64,000 nucleotides of DNA from an uncultured Gemmatimonadota bacterium (GCA_964509895.1 CAZDZJ010000119.1:817-64816); one strand, 5' to 3'; positions 45,678 to 54,527 are shown, counted from the stretch's first letter. A program made the numbers and translations. The notes: a model not told the origin generated them from the letters alone.

Positions 45678-47029
45678 CGTTCGCCCGGTCCGCTCGCGGC
45701 ATGGCCGCCGGCGTCCGAGGCCACCGCTGCGCGCGACGCCCCGGACGGCCCGTCCTGTACGTTGGCGGCGTTCAGACCCTGCATGTGGGCGTGCCACTGC
45801 CGCCAGAAGCCCCGCATCTGGAGTTCATCCGACGTGCCCGGGCACGGATTCAACATGCCTCTGGAGATGTCGGACCACTCGGTCCCGGTGGCGCGGAAGC
45901 CGGCCTGACACGACTCGAGGACCTCCACGTCATCCGGCGTGGCGAAGCCGCCCGGTCCGAGGAAGGTCAGGTAACTGTCGAGTCGGGTGGCCAGAACGGG
46001 ACCCGACTCCTCCCTGGGGACGAGATGCCAGGCCGTGACCTCCATCCTGTCCGGCGCCACCGGTTCGATGTACCTGATGCTGATCGCCACGAAGTCCATG
46101 ATCAGCAGGTTCGGATAGATGAGCAGGTTGCGCGACGTGTCGGCCATCCGGTACGTGCGCTCTTCTCCGTATTTCCGCACCAGACGCCGGCGCACTCGCG
46201 CGATGCGCTCCCTGGCCTCCTCGCCGAAGATCGGGTGCCAGCGGGCGATGGGACGGCCGTTCCGGGAGATGTTCTCCGACACGCAGTGGCCGCGGCCCAG
46301 GGCCCTCGCGACGCCGGGAGGGCGGGCGGACACCTTCTCTCCACTGTCGTCCGTCCCGAATCCGGCGATGTAGTCCACGTAGGTTCGATGCGTCGGAACC
46401 AGGTGGTATCCGTCGAGGCTGTTCTCGGCCAGCAGCTTCCAGTTGGCCCTGATGGCGTACTTGTTGGAACCGGGAATCACCCGCATCCCTTCCTCGGCCT
46501 GGTCGACCACCAGGTCCAGGTAGTCCCTGGCTCCCGCCAGGTAGGTGACCAGGTCCTCGACCTGCGGGTTGAAGCTCACGAAATGGAAGCCCCGGTAGCT
46601 GTCGACCCTGGGTGGTTCCTTCAGGCAGAACTCTTTCCGGTCGAAGTCGGGGCCGTAGGCATCCTCCCCGGGGACGCCGATCAGATCGCCGTCCGTGTTG
46701 AAAGACCAGGCGTGATAGAAGCACTGCAGAACTTTCGCATTGCCGGCGTCGCGACGGCAGATCAAGGCGCCGCGGTGCGGGCAGGAATTGAGGAACACCC
46801 GTACCCGGCCATCCCTGCCGCGGACAAAGAAGAGCGGCCGGCCGGCGACCGTACGGCGGCGGTAGTCGCCGGGGGCCTCCACTTCCGATTCATGTCCCAG
46901 GTAGATCCAGCACCGGTCGAGAATCCGTTCCCGTTCCTGCCGGAACAGATCGTCGGAAGTCATGCACGACCGGTGTACCCTGAAGACCCCGCGCTCCCGG
47001 TCGTCGATGATCAGGTCTTTGATGTCCAT
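45674..47029 (-). CDS. Rieske [2Fe-2S] ring-hydroxylating oxygenase alpha subunit
   Basis: Rieske ligands CPHRGA...CFYHAWSF, followed by a catalytic domain of about 300 aa. Confidence 0.92.
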   Translation of the reverse strand: MDIKDLIIDDRERGVFRVHRSCMTSDDLFRQERERILDRCWIYLGHESEVEAPGDYRRRTVAGRPLFFVRGRDGRVRVFLNSCPHRGALICRRDAGNAKVLQCFYHAWSFNTDGDLIGVPGEDAYGPDFDRKEFCLKEPPRVDSYRGFHFVSFNPQVEDLVTYLAGARDYLDLVVDQAEEGMRVIPGSNKYAIRANWKLLAENSLDGYHLVPTHRTYVDYIAGFGTDDSGEKVSARPPGVARALGRGHCVSENISRNGRPIARWHPIFGEEARERIARVRRRLVRKYGEERTYRMADTSRNLLIYPNLLIMDFVAISIRYIEPVAPDRMEVTAWHLVPREESGPVLATRLDSYLTFLGPGGFATPDDVEVLESCQAGFRATGTEWSDISRGMLNPCPGTSDELQMRGFWRQWHAHMQGLNAANVQDGPSGASRAAVASDAGGHAASGPGER

Positions 47030-47135
47030 GGCCTACCGACCGAGACCGCCCCGGTATCGCCGAACGTCGATTCGAAGCCGATGCCGGCGTCCCGTCACGA
47101 GCGGACTCCGGAAGCCGTGCGATGCGACCGGAAGA

Positions 47136-47435
47136 TCAGCCGGGGCGTCCCGTGGTCCAGTCCCACGCGTGGACATGGCATTCGGCGAACACGTTCGCCT
47201 TGCCGAACGGGCTGTCGGCCAGGAACGCGCGCGCCGCCTCGACCGAGGGAGCCTCCAGAAGAAGCACCCGCCCGACGATGCTCTCGCCGTCGTCGGCGAG
47301 CGTCGGCCCGCCATGATGCACGACGACACCCGGATGGGCCGGATGGCTGCGGAGGTACTCCAGGAATGCCTCGCGCGTTTCGGCCCGCGCCGGCTCCGCG
47401 TCGGGCTTATCGGTGACGAATGCAGCAACGTACAT
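47136..47435 (-). CDS. YciI family protein
   Basis: Internal ATG of ORF 47136-47480. Sequence MYVAAFVTDKPDAEPARAETREAFLEYLRSHP...HGGPTL...LLLEAPSVEAARAFLADSPF has the typical YciI length and pattern. Confidence 0.75.
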   Translation of the reverse strand: MYVAAFVTDKPDAEPARAETREAFLEYLRSHPAHPGVVVHHGGPTLADDGESIVGRVLLLEAPSVEAARAFLADSPFGKANVFAECHVHAWDWTTGRPG

Positions 47436-47448
47436 GGGCGTGCCTCTC

Positions 47449-47481
47449 CGGACGGTACTCCACTGCGGACGGTGCTCCACT
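47449..47481. repeat. tandem direct repeat CGGACGGT(A/G)CTCCACT x2 upstream of yciI
   Basis: cggacggtactccact (47449-47464) and cggacggtgctccact (47466-47481), with a 17-bp period, lie immediately 5' of the yciI start on the minus strand. Confidence 0.5.
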
Positions 47482-47591
47482 ACGTCAAGCTGAGGTCCCG
47501 GTTGGCGTCACGCAACGTTCCCGCTCCTGCTCCCGTTGTCGCCCCGGCGGGAACGCGTGATCGCCGCGGACGAGCACTCGGAACGCGATCC

Positions 47592-48455
47592 CTACTGGCT
47601 GCGGAGCGCGCCGATGCGGCGGGCGACACCCTCTTCGTAGTCGGACTCCTCGAAGCCCTCGCGCTTGAACTGAATGAGCCCCGACCGATCCACGTACAGC
47701 GTCGTCGGGTAGGCAAGGATCTCGTAGTCCAGGGCGAGCCCCTGCTCGTCGAAGAGGACGGGGAAGGTGAAGCCGCCCTCCTCGATCTGCTGGGCGACCT
47801 GATCTCGGGGCGACCCTGCGGTGGCAACGGTCAGGAACACGACGTCCTCGTCGGCCTCATACGTCTTCAGGAGTTCGATGAAGTGAGGGAATTCCTCGAT
47901 GCACGGGCCGCACCACGTGGCCCAGAACTTGAGCACGACGATCTTCCCCTCGAGGTCGGCCAGCCGCCATTCGACGCCGGTCTGGTCCGCGAGGGCGAAC
48001 GCCGGGGCCTCCCGCTCGATGCGCTGGCCGAGTTCCCGCTGCTCCAGCTCCCTTTCGACCACGGGGGTCCGCACGGCGAGCCTCTCCTCCACGGCCTCCT
48101 CGGACAGGCCGATCGCCTCGGCGGTCTCCACGGCGGCGGGGCGATACCACGCGCGGAATGCGGTGGCTTCCACTAGGACGTCCAGCGCCTCCTCGCGCCG
48201 ACCTTCGCGCAGGAGGTGCCGACCGTATTCCGCCAGCGTCCAGCTTCGCCGGGACTCCGTGGCGAGCGCCTCGAACAATGCGCCGGCCGCCTCGATCTCG
48301 CCGAGCTGGGTGAGCGCTCGGGCCTGAATCACGCGGGCCTGGTCGATGAAGCTCAGGCGTGACGTCTCCCGCTCCTGGCCCCGGCTTCCCGCATACAGGT
48401 ATCCCGGGCGGTCCGCGCGGAGCGCCTCCTCCAGCGCGATCGCCCGCTCGAGCAC
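47592..48455 (-). CDS. TlpA-family thiol:disulfide oxidoreductase (thioredoxin fold) with helical N-terminal region, no signal peptide
   Basis: Active site FWATWCGPCIEEFP, then AYPTTLYVDRSG. It is in the same frame as the upstream ORF, separated only by a TAA and 7 codons. Confidence 0.8.
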   Translation of the reverse strand: MLERAIALEEALRADRPGYLYAGSRGQERETSRLSFIDQARVIQARALTQLGEIEAAGALFEALATESRRSWTLAEYGRHLLREGRREEALDVLVEATAFRAWYRPAAVETAEAIGLSEEAVEERLAVRTPVVERELEQRELGQRIEREAPAFALADQTGVEWRLADLEGKIVVLKFWATWCGPCIEEFPHFIELLKTYEADEDVVFLTVATAGSPRDQVAQQIEEGGFTFPVLFDEQGLALDYEILAYPTTLYVDRSGLIQFKREGFEESDYEEGVARRIGALRSQ

Positions 48456-48476
48456 GACCTCTGGCTGGATCCCGAA

Positions 48477-49625
48477 TTAGAGCAGCGTGAGGAGCGTGTA
48501 GCCGTAGACGCCGTCCTGCCACCGGATCTCCTCCAGCGCGGCGCTCAACAGCGACTCGGCGGCCTCCGGATCGAGCGCCGGACCCGGCGGCTCGGCCGCG
48601 CCGAGCGGGTAGTTCAGTTCGTCGGACGACGGCGCCGGATCCAGCGAGGCCATCACCTCCGCCCGCACGGTCACGTAGCGCCGGGTGGCCCATGCGGCCC
48701 GTTCTCCGAGCTGCTTCGACCTCAGTCCCCGAGCGACGACCCGGGACACGTCGTCCCACCGTTCTCGCTCGCCTTCACCGCCATCGCCACTTTCGCCACG
48801 ATCGCCGTACAGGGCGTCCTGCCACTCGATGGCCAGATCCCAGTAGCGAAGATCGTCCGCCAGGTCGCCGCGGTCCGGGGCGGCCTCCAGGCGCTCCAGC
48901 CAGCGGTCCGCATCGTCCTCCCGCCTGAGCATCGTGAAGTCGTAGCCCGCCGCGAGCCGATACAGAACCGGTGCGGGAACATCCGGATCGCCTTCGGCCT
49001 CGGCGGCGAGCGCGTCGAGGACGGCCCGGATCGAATCCCGCACGGCCTGGCCCCGGTCGCCCTCCTCCTGCTCGGCGCGCGCGATGTGGAGCGACGCCAG
49101 GGCGTGCAGCAGGATCTGGTTGTCCGGCCGCATGGCCTCGACCTCGGCCAGGATCGCGGCGTAGGCCTGGAGTTGTCCGAGGTCCGACGCCGCCTCCTGG
49201 GCATCGTCGTAGAGGACGGGACGATCCGGCGCGTTGCGGAGCGCCTCGGGCAGAACCTGGAGGATCTTCTCGCCATACCGGCGGTCGGTCTCGAAGATGC
49301 CGGCCCAGCGGAGGGCGCCGATGTACGCCTCCCAGTCGGCAGCGCGTTCGGGTTCCAACGCGAGTGCGCGCTCCCACGCCTCCGCGGACTCCGCGTTCAG
49401 GCTGAAGTAGTTGGCGAGCCTCGCATACTGCCGGTGCGCTTCGGCGTCATTCGGGGAGGCGGTCCGGGCGGAGTCGAAGCGGACCATCGCGCGTTCCAGC
49501 CGGATCGCTTCCACGTCGGCGGCCGCATCGGCCATCAGTTCCGCGTGCGGGCGGGACTCCGCGCAGCCCGTAACGAGGGTCAGACCTGCCGCGAGGAGAA
49601 TCCCATGAAGCTCCAACGCCTTCAT
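48477..49625 (-). CDS. TPR-like helical-repeat lipoprotein
   Basis: An internal ATG gives MKALELHGILLAAGLTLVTGCAE (lipobox VTGC). The rest is Ala/Leu/Glu-rich helical repeats (AEAHRQYARLANYF, AEAWERALALEP). Confidence 0.6.
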   Translation of the reverse strand: MKALELHGILLAAGLTLVTGCAESRPHAELMADAAADVEAIRLERAMVRFDSARTASPNDAEAHRQYARLANYFSLNAESAEAWERALALEPERAADWEAYIGALRWAGIFETDRRYGEKILQVLPEALRNAPDRPVLYDDAQEAASDLGQLQAYAAILAEVEAMRPDNQILLHALASLHIARAEQEEGDRGQAVRDSIRAVLDALAAEAEGDPDVPAPVLYRLAAGYDFTMLRREDDADRWLERLEAAPDRGDLADDLRYWDLAIEWQDALYGDRGESGDGGEGERERWDDVSRVVARGLRSKQLGERAAWATRRYVTVRAEVMASLDPAPSSDELNYPLGAAEPPGPALDPEAAESLLSAALEEIRWQDGVYGYTLLTLL

Positions 49626-49816
49626 CGCCGCCTCCATCTTCTCTGCCTGCGCACGCTGCAATCCCGGGGCATGTCACGTTGACCCGACGCCCGGCGCCCC
49701 TCGGCGGGACTTCGTACCGTCGACACCTGATGCTTGGACGACGGTTGTCAGCGGAGCGTTTCAGGTGGAAGGTAGGTTGCCCGGGAGCGCACATCACAAC
49801 GCAAACGGAGGACTGC

Positions 49817-51322
49817 ATGCCGTCTCCCGTGATCATCGGCGTCGTCGTCGCCTATCTCGTCTTTCTCCTCCTCATCGGCGTATGGGGCGGGAAGGAATCG
49901 CACGACGTGAAGGGGTACTACGCTGCGGGCAAGAAGCTCCCATCCTGGGTCCTCGCCTTCTCGTCCAACGCGACCGGGGAGAGCGCCTGGCTCCTGCTCG
50001 GGCTCACGGGGATCGGCTACGCGCTGGGCATGCACGCGCTCTGGGTCGTGCTCGGTGAAGTGCTGGGCGTCGCCCTCGCCTGGGCCTTCGTAGCCCGGCC
50101 GTTCAAGGCGTTCACCGACCGCTACGGCTCGATCACCGTCCCCGACTACCTCGAGGACCGCTTCCGCGACACCCGGCACGCCTTCCGGATCGTCGGGGCC
50201 GCGATCGTGCTCTCGATGGTCGCCTTCTACGTGGGGGCGCAGCTCACGGCGACCGGCAAGGCGTTCGACTCCTTCCTCGGCACCGGATACCACGCGGGCG
50301 TCTACCTCGGCCTCGCCGTGGTCCTCTTCTACACGGTCGTGGGCGGCTTCAAGGCGGTGGCGTACTCGGACTTCGCGCAGGGCGTGCTCATGTTCACCTG
50401 CCTGCTCGTCCTTCCCTTCGTCGGGATCACGGCGGTCGGCGGCTGGGGCGCGCTCCTGGAGGGCCTGAGGGCGGCCGAACCGCTGGCCTTCTTCAGCGGG
50501 ATGCAGGCGTCGGGGTCGGACCTGCTGCGGCTCGACGGCGGGCTCGGGCTCACGCCGGCCGGGATCGCGAGCGCGGCCGGGTTCGTTGGGGTGGGCCTCG
50601 CGTTCCTCGGCGCCCCGCAGCTTCTGGCGCGCTTCCTCGCGGCGCGCGACCAGCGCGAGATCCGGAAGGCGGGACCGATCGCCGTCGGCTGCATCATCGT
50701 GTTCGATCTGGGCGCGGTGGTCACGGGGATGGCCGGGCGCGTGCTCTACGAGGGGCTCGCCGACCCGGAGACGGTGCTGCCGGCCATGGCCGCGGGGCTC
50801 CTGCCCGACCTGTTCACCGGGCTCGTCCTCGTCGTCGTCCTCGCCGCCATCATGTCGACGGCGGATTCGCTGCTGATCCTTGCCTCCTCCGCGGCGGTGC
50901 GGGACGTGTATCAGAAGATCTTCCGCCCGGACGCCGGGCAGCGCGCGCTCTCCGTGCTGGGCAAGGCCGTAACGGTCGTGCTCGGGCTCACGGGTCTCGT
51001 GCTCGCACTCACGGCGGAGCGCGCGATCTTCTGGTTCGTCCTCTTCGCGTGGTCAGGTCTCGCGGCGGCCTTCGCACCGGTCGTGCTGTGTTCGCTGTTC
51101 TGGGCGCGCACGACCCGCGCCGGGGCCCTCGCGGGCATGATCGCCGGCTTCCTCGTGACGATGCTGTGGGTCGTCCTCTTCAAGGAGGGCTTTTACAACC
51201 TGTACGAGATGCTCCCGGGCTTCGCGGCCGGCTTCGCCGTCACGATCGGCGTGAGCCTGTTCACCCAACCGCCCGACGGCGCCGCCGAAGAACTCGCCGC
51301 GATCCGCGAGGAGATCAGGTAG
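49817..51322 (+). CDS. sodium:solute symporter (SSS family, PutP-like)
   Basis: ATG 49817 is preceded by GGAGGA. N-terminus MPSPVIIGVVVAYLVFLLLIGVWGGKESHDVKGYYAAGKKLPSWVLAFSSNATGESAWLLLG is characteristic of SSS transporters. Confidence 0.88.
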   Translation: MPSPVIIGVVVAYLVFLLLIGVWGGKESHDVKGYYAAGKKLPSWVLAFSSNATGESAWLLLGLTGIGYALGMHALWVVLGEVLGVALAWAFVARPFKAFTDRYGSITVPDYLEDRFRDTRHAFRIVGAAIVLSMVAFYVGAQLTATGKAFDSFLGTGYHAGVYLGLAVVLFYTVVGGFKAVAYSDFAQGVLMFTCLLVLPFVGITAVGGWGALLEGLRAAEPLAFFSGMQASGSDLLRLDGGLGLTPAGIASAAGFVGVGLAFLGAPQLLARFLAARDQREIRKAGPIAVGCIIVFDLGAVVTGMAGRVLYEGLADPETVLPAMAAGLLPDLFTGLVLVVVLAAIMSTADSLLILASSAAVRDVYQKIFRPDAGQRALSVLGKAVTVVLGLTGLVLALTAERAIFWFVLFAWSGLAAAFAPVVLCSLFWARTTRAGALAGMIAGFLVTMLWVVLFKEGFYNLYEMLPGFAAGFAVTIGVSLFTQPPDGAAEELAAIREEIR

Positions 51323-51362
51323 CTTTAGGGTCCGGTCTCGAAACTACGGGAAGGAGCGCCCA

Positions 51363-51644
51363 GTGTCCGAGCGCGAGCGAGGGAAGTCCAAGGTAGTCCT
51401 GAACATCGACGACACGTTGCTGCGGCGTCTGCGCGAAGAGGCCCAGCGGCGGCAGACAACCGCATCTGAACTCCTGGAGGCGGGGCTGAGGCGCGTGCTG
51501 GCCGAGCCGAGCACGGTCGACGCCGATCTCGACGCGCTGAAACCCCTTCCAACCTGGCGTGGCGGCGAACCTCTGGTCGACATCGCCGATCGGGACGCGC
51601 TCTACGGCGTGATGGAGGAGGAGTACGGAGTTGTCCGGCTGTAA
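51363..51644 (+). CDS. ribbon-helix-helix (VapB/CopG-like) antitoxin-like protein, no cognate toxin gene
   Basis: GTG 51363 lies 6 nt after AAGGAG. KVVLNIDDTLLRRLREEAQRRQTTASELLEAGLRRVL fits an RHH fold. The C-terminal PTWRGGEPLVDIADRDALYGVME resembles the toxin-binding tails of PIN-associated antitoxins. Confidence 0.55.
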   Translation: MSERERGKSKVVLNIDDTLLRRLREEAQRRQTTASELLEAGLRRVLAEPSTVDADLDALKPLPTWRGGEPLVDIADRDALYGVMEEEYGVVRL

Positions 51645-51811
51645 TCTGCACCGCTTGGGATGGCTTGGCCGTTGTTTCGCGCGAATGTATGCTTCAAAGG
51701 CGATGCAACCTGTACCGGGGATCGTCCGCTCATGCTAGGGACGGAGGGCGACGGAAGCCCCTTATCGGTTCATCTCGGAGCCTTCTAATCTCCCTGCCAA
51801 GGAAAAGCCTA

Positions 51812-52015
51812 CTACTCGACCATCAGTAGCTTGCAGGGCGAGGGATCAACGCTGATCTGGAGCGGTCTGGCGAGGCTTGTGAAGGAGATGATTGCTTGGC
51901 CGGGTGCGAGGGAAGGTACGTTTTTCCAGAGAGCCTCGCTGATTCCACCGATGGAGCGCCGGAGACGGTTCACGACGTTCGCATCCCCAATCTTGTGGAG
52001 GACCCAGTTGAGTAG
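51812..52015 (-). pseudogene. C-terminal fragment of a HerA/DUF87-like ATPase (decayed)
   Basis: The minus-strand frame reads ...LLNWVLHKIGDANVVNRLRRSIGGISEALWKNVPSLAPGQAIISFTSLARPLQISVDP...*. This resembles the L-P-S-L-x-x-G-E-A-I-v tail of HerA-type ATPases. There is no upstream ATPase body. It lies in AT-richer DNA. Confidence 0.4.
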
Positions 52016-52365
52016 CGCAGAAACTGCTGATCCTCCTTCGGCAGTTGCTTGCGCACGGCAGGGAGCCGGATTCCCGTGATCTTATCCTGCGCTTTCTCGA
52101 GTACTCGATTTGCGGTCGACTCTAGCGGTTCCTTTGGTAGAGTCCGTGTCGCAACCCGGCTCAAGAGGACGGCAAAGGGATCGCGATCAAAGCCGATTCC
52201 TTGTCGCCTCAAGCGCTGGGCCGCGATCAGGTGCTCGGCAACACCAGCAGGCATGCGCGCCGGAAACGGGTGCAGAGAGACCGCACTGATTCCCTGACCC
52301 TTGGCGTCGACTCCCTCAAGCGCTTTGAGCGCATCACGCACCCGCTCATCTGTCAGAGTGCTCAT
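51970..52365 (-). pseudogene. N-terminal remnant of a DNA methyltransferase (decayed, catalytic/SAM motifs deleted)
   Basis: The ORF begins MSTLTDERVRDALKALEGV...SLHPFPARMPAGVAEHLI and then jumps to AAQRLRRQGIGFDRDPFAVLLSRV. The expected intervening LDPF-x-GSGT SAM-binding segment is missing. The frame breaks into the ATPase fragment. Confidence 0.4.
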
Positions 52366-52509
52366 ACCGCGGAGAGGGTCATAACTGTCAATGGGTCATC
52401 CGCTTGAACCGTATATTCTACAGGTAGAAGATTCGTAGTATGGCCCATCCACGTGACTCCGGCGGCTGCGCGCCCACGCCGATTGGTGGATTGACACCCT
52501 CGCGGAGCG

Positions 52510-53775
52510 CTATACGCGGGCGGCGATGACTCCGAGGAGGCGGTCGATGTCGTCGCGGTTGTTGAACATCGCGACGGCGGCGCGGAGGAGTGCCCCTCCC
52601 TCCTGGTAGGTGAAGAAGACGCCTTCCGCGCGCAGGGCGTCGCCGAGTTCATCCGGGTCCATCCCGTGGTAGAAGCTCACGATCGCCGAGGGGTTGGCGG
52701 GCGGCGTGAAGAGCTTCATTCCGAGTTCCGCGGCGCCCTCCCGGAGCTGGCCCGCGAGCGCGTGCGTGTGCTCGGCGATCCGTTCCAGCCCCACCTCGCC
52801 GAGGAAGCCGAGGGCGGCGTCCATGGCCGCGATCGGGCCGTAGGCGGGGTTCGCGTACTCGTACTTCTGCGCGTCCGTCTTCAGCCGGTACTGGTGCTCC
52901 GGGAGCGTCTCCGCGACGTGCCCATGCCCGAAGCGGTCGGGCTGCATCCACTCGTGGTGCTCCCGACGCACGTACAGCGGCGCGCATCCGAAATCGGCGA
53001 AGAGCCACTTGTAGCCGTTGCCGCACGCGAAGTCTACGCCCTCGTCGTGCAGGTTCGTGGGGAACGTGCCGAACGCCTGGATCCCGTCGGCGAACAGGTA
53101 GCCACCCCGGGCGTGCACGATCTCGCCCAGCGTCGGCAGATCGTGCCGGAACCCGTTCCGGTTCGAGACCCACGCCACGCTGATGAGGCGCGTGCGGTCG
53201 TCGGTGTAGGCGTCGTAGTCCTCGGGTTGGGCGCGCCCGTCGCGAGAGGGGATGATCCGGAGTTCGACTCCGTGGCGCCGCTCGAGCTCGCGGTAAACGA
53301 CGAAGGCGGTGACGAAGTGGAGTTCGTCGATAACCACGTTGTCGCCCGGCTGCCAGTCGACCGCCTTCGCCACCATGTTCTCGCCGTCGCTGGTCGAGAA
53401 CAGGAGCGCGATCTCGTCCTCGTCCGCCCCGAACAGGCTCGCGAAGCGGCCGCGGGCGCGGGCGGTGGCCCGGCCGCGGCTCCCCGGATCGTTGTAGCTC
53501 AGCTTCTCGTCTGCGTACGCGACGAGCGCCTCGTGCACCGGACGCGGGAGCGGCCCCGTGGAGGCCGTGTTCAGATACGCGAACTCCTCCGTGACCGGGA
53601 ACTCGCCCCGGATTCCCAGCGGATCATCGTCCGAACGGGAACCGGCTGTCGGACCCGCCCCCAGTCCGATGCCAGCGGCCCGCGGATCGGTCGCGGCGAG
53701 GGCCGGCGCGGCCGGGAGCGCGAGCCCTGCGGCGGCGGTCACCTTGACGAAGTTTCGGCGGCTCCACTCGGTCAT
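52510..53775 (-). CDS. class-V PLP aminotransferase/desulfurase-fold enzyme with TAT signal
   Basis: TAT signal MTEWSRRNFVKVTAAAGLALPAAPALA. Class-V-like core with FACGNGYKWLFA (PLP lysine context). Confidence 0.88.
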   Translation of the reverse strand: MTEWSRRNFVKVTAAAGLALPAAPALAATDPRAAGIGLGAGPTAGSRSDDDPLGIRGEFPVTEEFAYLNTASTGPLPRPVHEALVAYADEKLSYNDPGSRGRATARARGRFASLFGADEDEIALLFSTSDGENMVAKAVDWQPGDNVVIDELHFVTAFVVYRELERRHGVELRIIPSRDGRAQPEDYDAYTDDRTRLISVAWVSNRNGFRHDLPTLGEIVHARGGYLFADGIQAFGTFPTNLHDEGVDFACGNGYKWLFADFGCAPLYVRREHHEWMQPDRFGHGHVAETLPEHQYRLKTDAQKYEYANPAYGPIAAMDAALGFLGEVGLERIAEHTHALAGQLREGAAELGMKLFTPPANPSAIVSFYHGMDPDELGDALRAEGVFFTYQEGGALLRAAVAMFNNRDDIDRLLGVIAARV

Positions 53776-53910
53776 CCGTCCCTCCTGATCCGTCTCGTGT
53801 GCGGTCTGATGCAGACCCCAAAACGACCCCCGGAAGGTACGTCCGCAACCCGTTCGCGGGACAGCGACGCCCCCCGAACAAGTTCCCGCGGGAACGCGTC
53901 GAAGATCGCG

Positions 53911-54246
53911 CTATTCGCCGTACATCCGGGTGATGACTCGGCGGAGTTCGGCCGCCTTCCCGGGGGAAAGCCGATCGATCTGGCGACGAAGCCGACGCTT
54001 GCTGACCGCACGGATCTGGTCCACGGCGATCTCCGCGTCCTGCCCCGCGCACGGAGTCTGAACGCGTGTACGCCACGTGGGATGCAGTGTCGTGGTCAAA
54101 GGGCATACGACGACGGTTTCGAGCAGTCGATTCATCTCGTTCTGACTGACGACGACGACCGGCCTGACCTTCCTGATTTCGGCGCCGATCGTCGGGTTGA
54201 GGTCGGCGAAGTGGATCGTGTAGCGCTTGGGGAAGTCCCCCATCAA
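53911..54246 (-). CDS. mazF: type II toxin MazF/PemK endoribonuclease
   Basis: YTIHFADLNPTIGAEIRKVRPVVVVSQNEMN...VVVCPLTT is typical of PemK/MazF. The start overlaps the mazE stop (ATGA). Confidence 0.9.
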   Translation of the reverse strand: MMGDFPKRYTIHFADLNPTIGAEIRKVRPVVVVSQNEMNRLLETVVVCPLTTTLHPTWRTRVQTPCAGQDAEIAVDQIRAVSKRRLRRQIDRLSPGKAAELRRVITRMYGE

Positions 54247-54497
54247 TCCAGACCATCGGCCATGGTGGCGTCAAAATCGCTCCAGTCTTCAGCCTCCGCC
54301 GCCATGGCTCGATACGTATCCTCCCAGGAGGTTCGGGGCTCGGTCTCCCGCCGGAGAATCAGCCCGTCTTCCGCCTCTTCCATGACGACAGACTCTCCCC
54401 AACCGTACTTGCGCAGCAGGACCTTCGGCAGCCGGATGCCCCTCGAGTTCCCGATCGCCACAAGCTTGACAGTGCGGGTCGTTGATGCTCGCCCCAT
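54243..54497 (-). CDS. mazE: AbrB/MazE/SpoVT-family antitoxin
   Basis: Swapped-hairpin motif VKLVAIGNSRGIRLPKVLLRKYGW and an acidic C-terminal tail. Confidence 0.85.
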   Translation of the reverse strand: MGRASTTRTVKLVAIGNSRGIRLPKVLLRKYGWGESVVMEEAEDGLILRRETEPRTSWEDTYRAMAAEAEDWSDFDATMADGLD

Positions 54498-54527
54498 GGT
54501 TGGATTCTCCTCTCTGCGAGTTGTGCG

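Noticed and set aside
51645-51811. A search for a PIN/VapC toxin gene, or a remnant of one, directly after the RHH antitoxin-like gene.
   Set aside because: I translated all three forward frames by hand. None gives a D-x-N-V/I-type PIN start or any ORF longer than about 45 codons.
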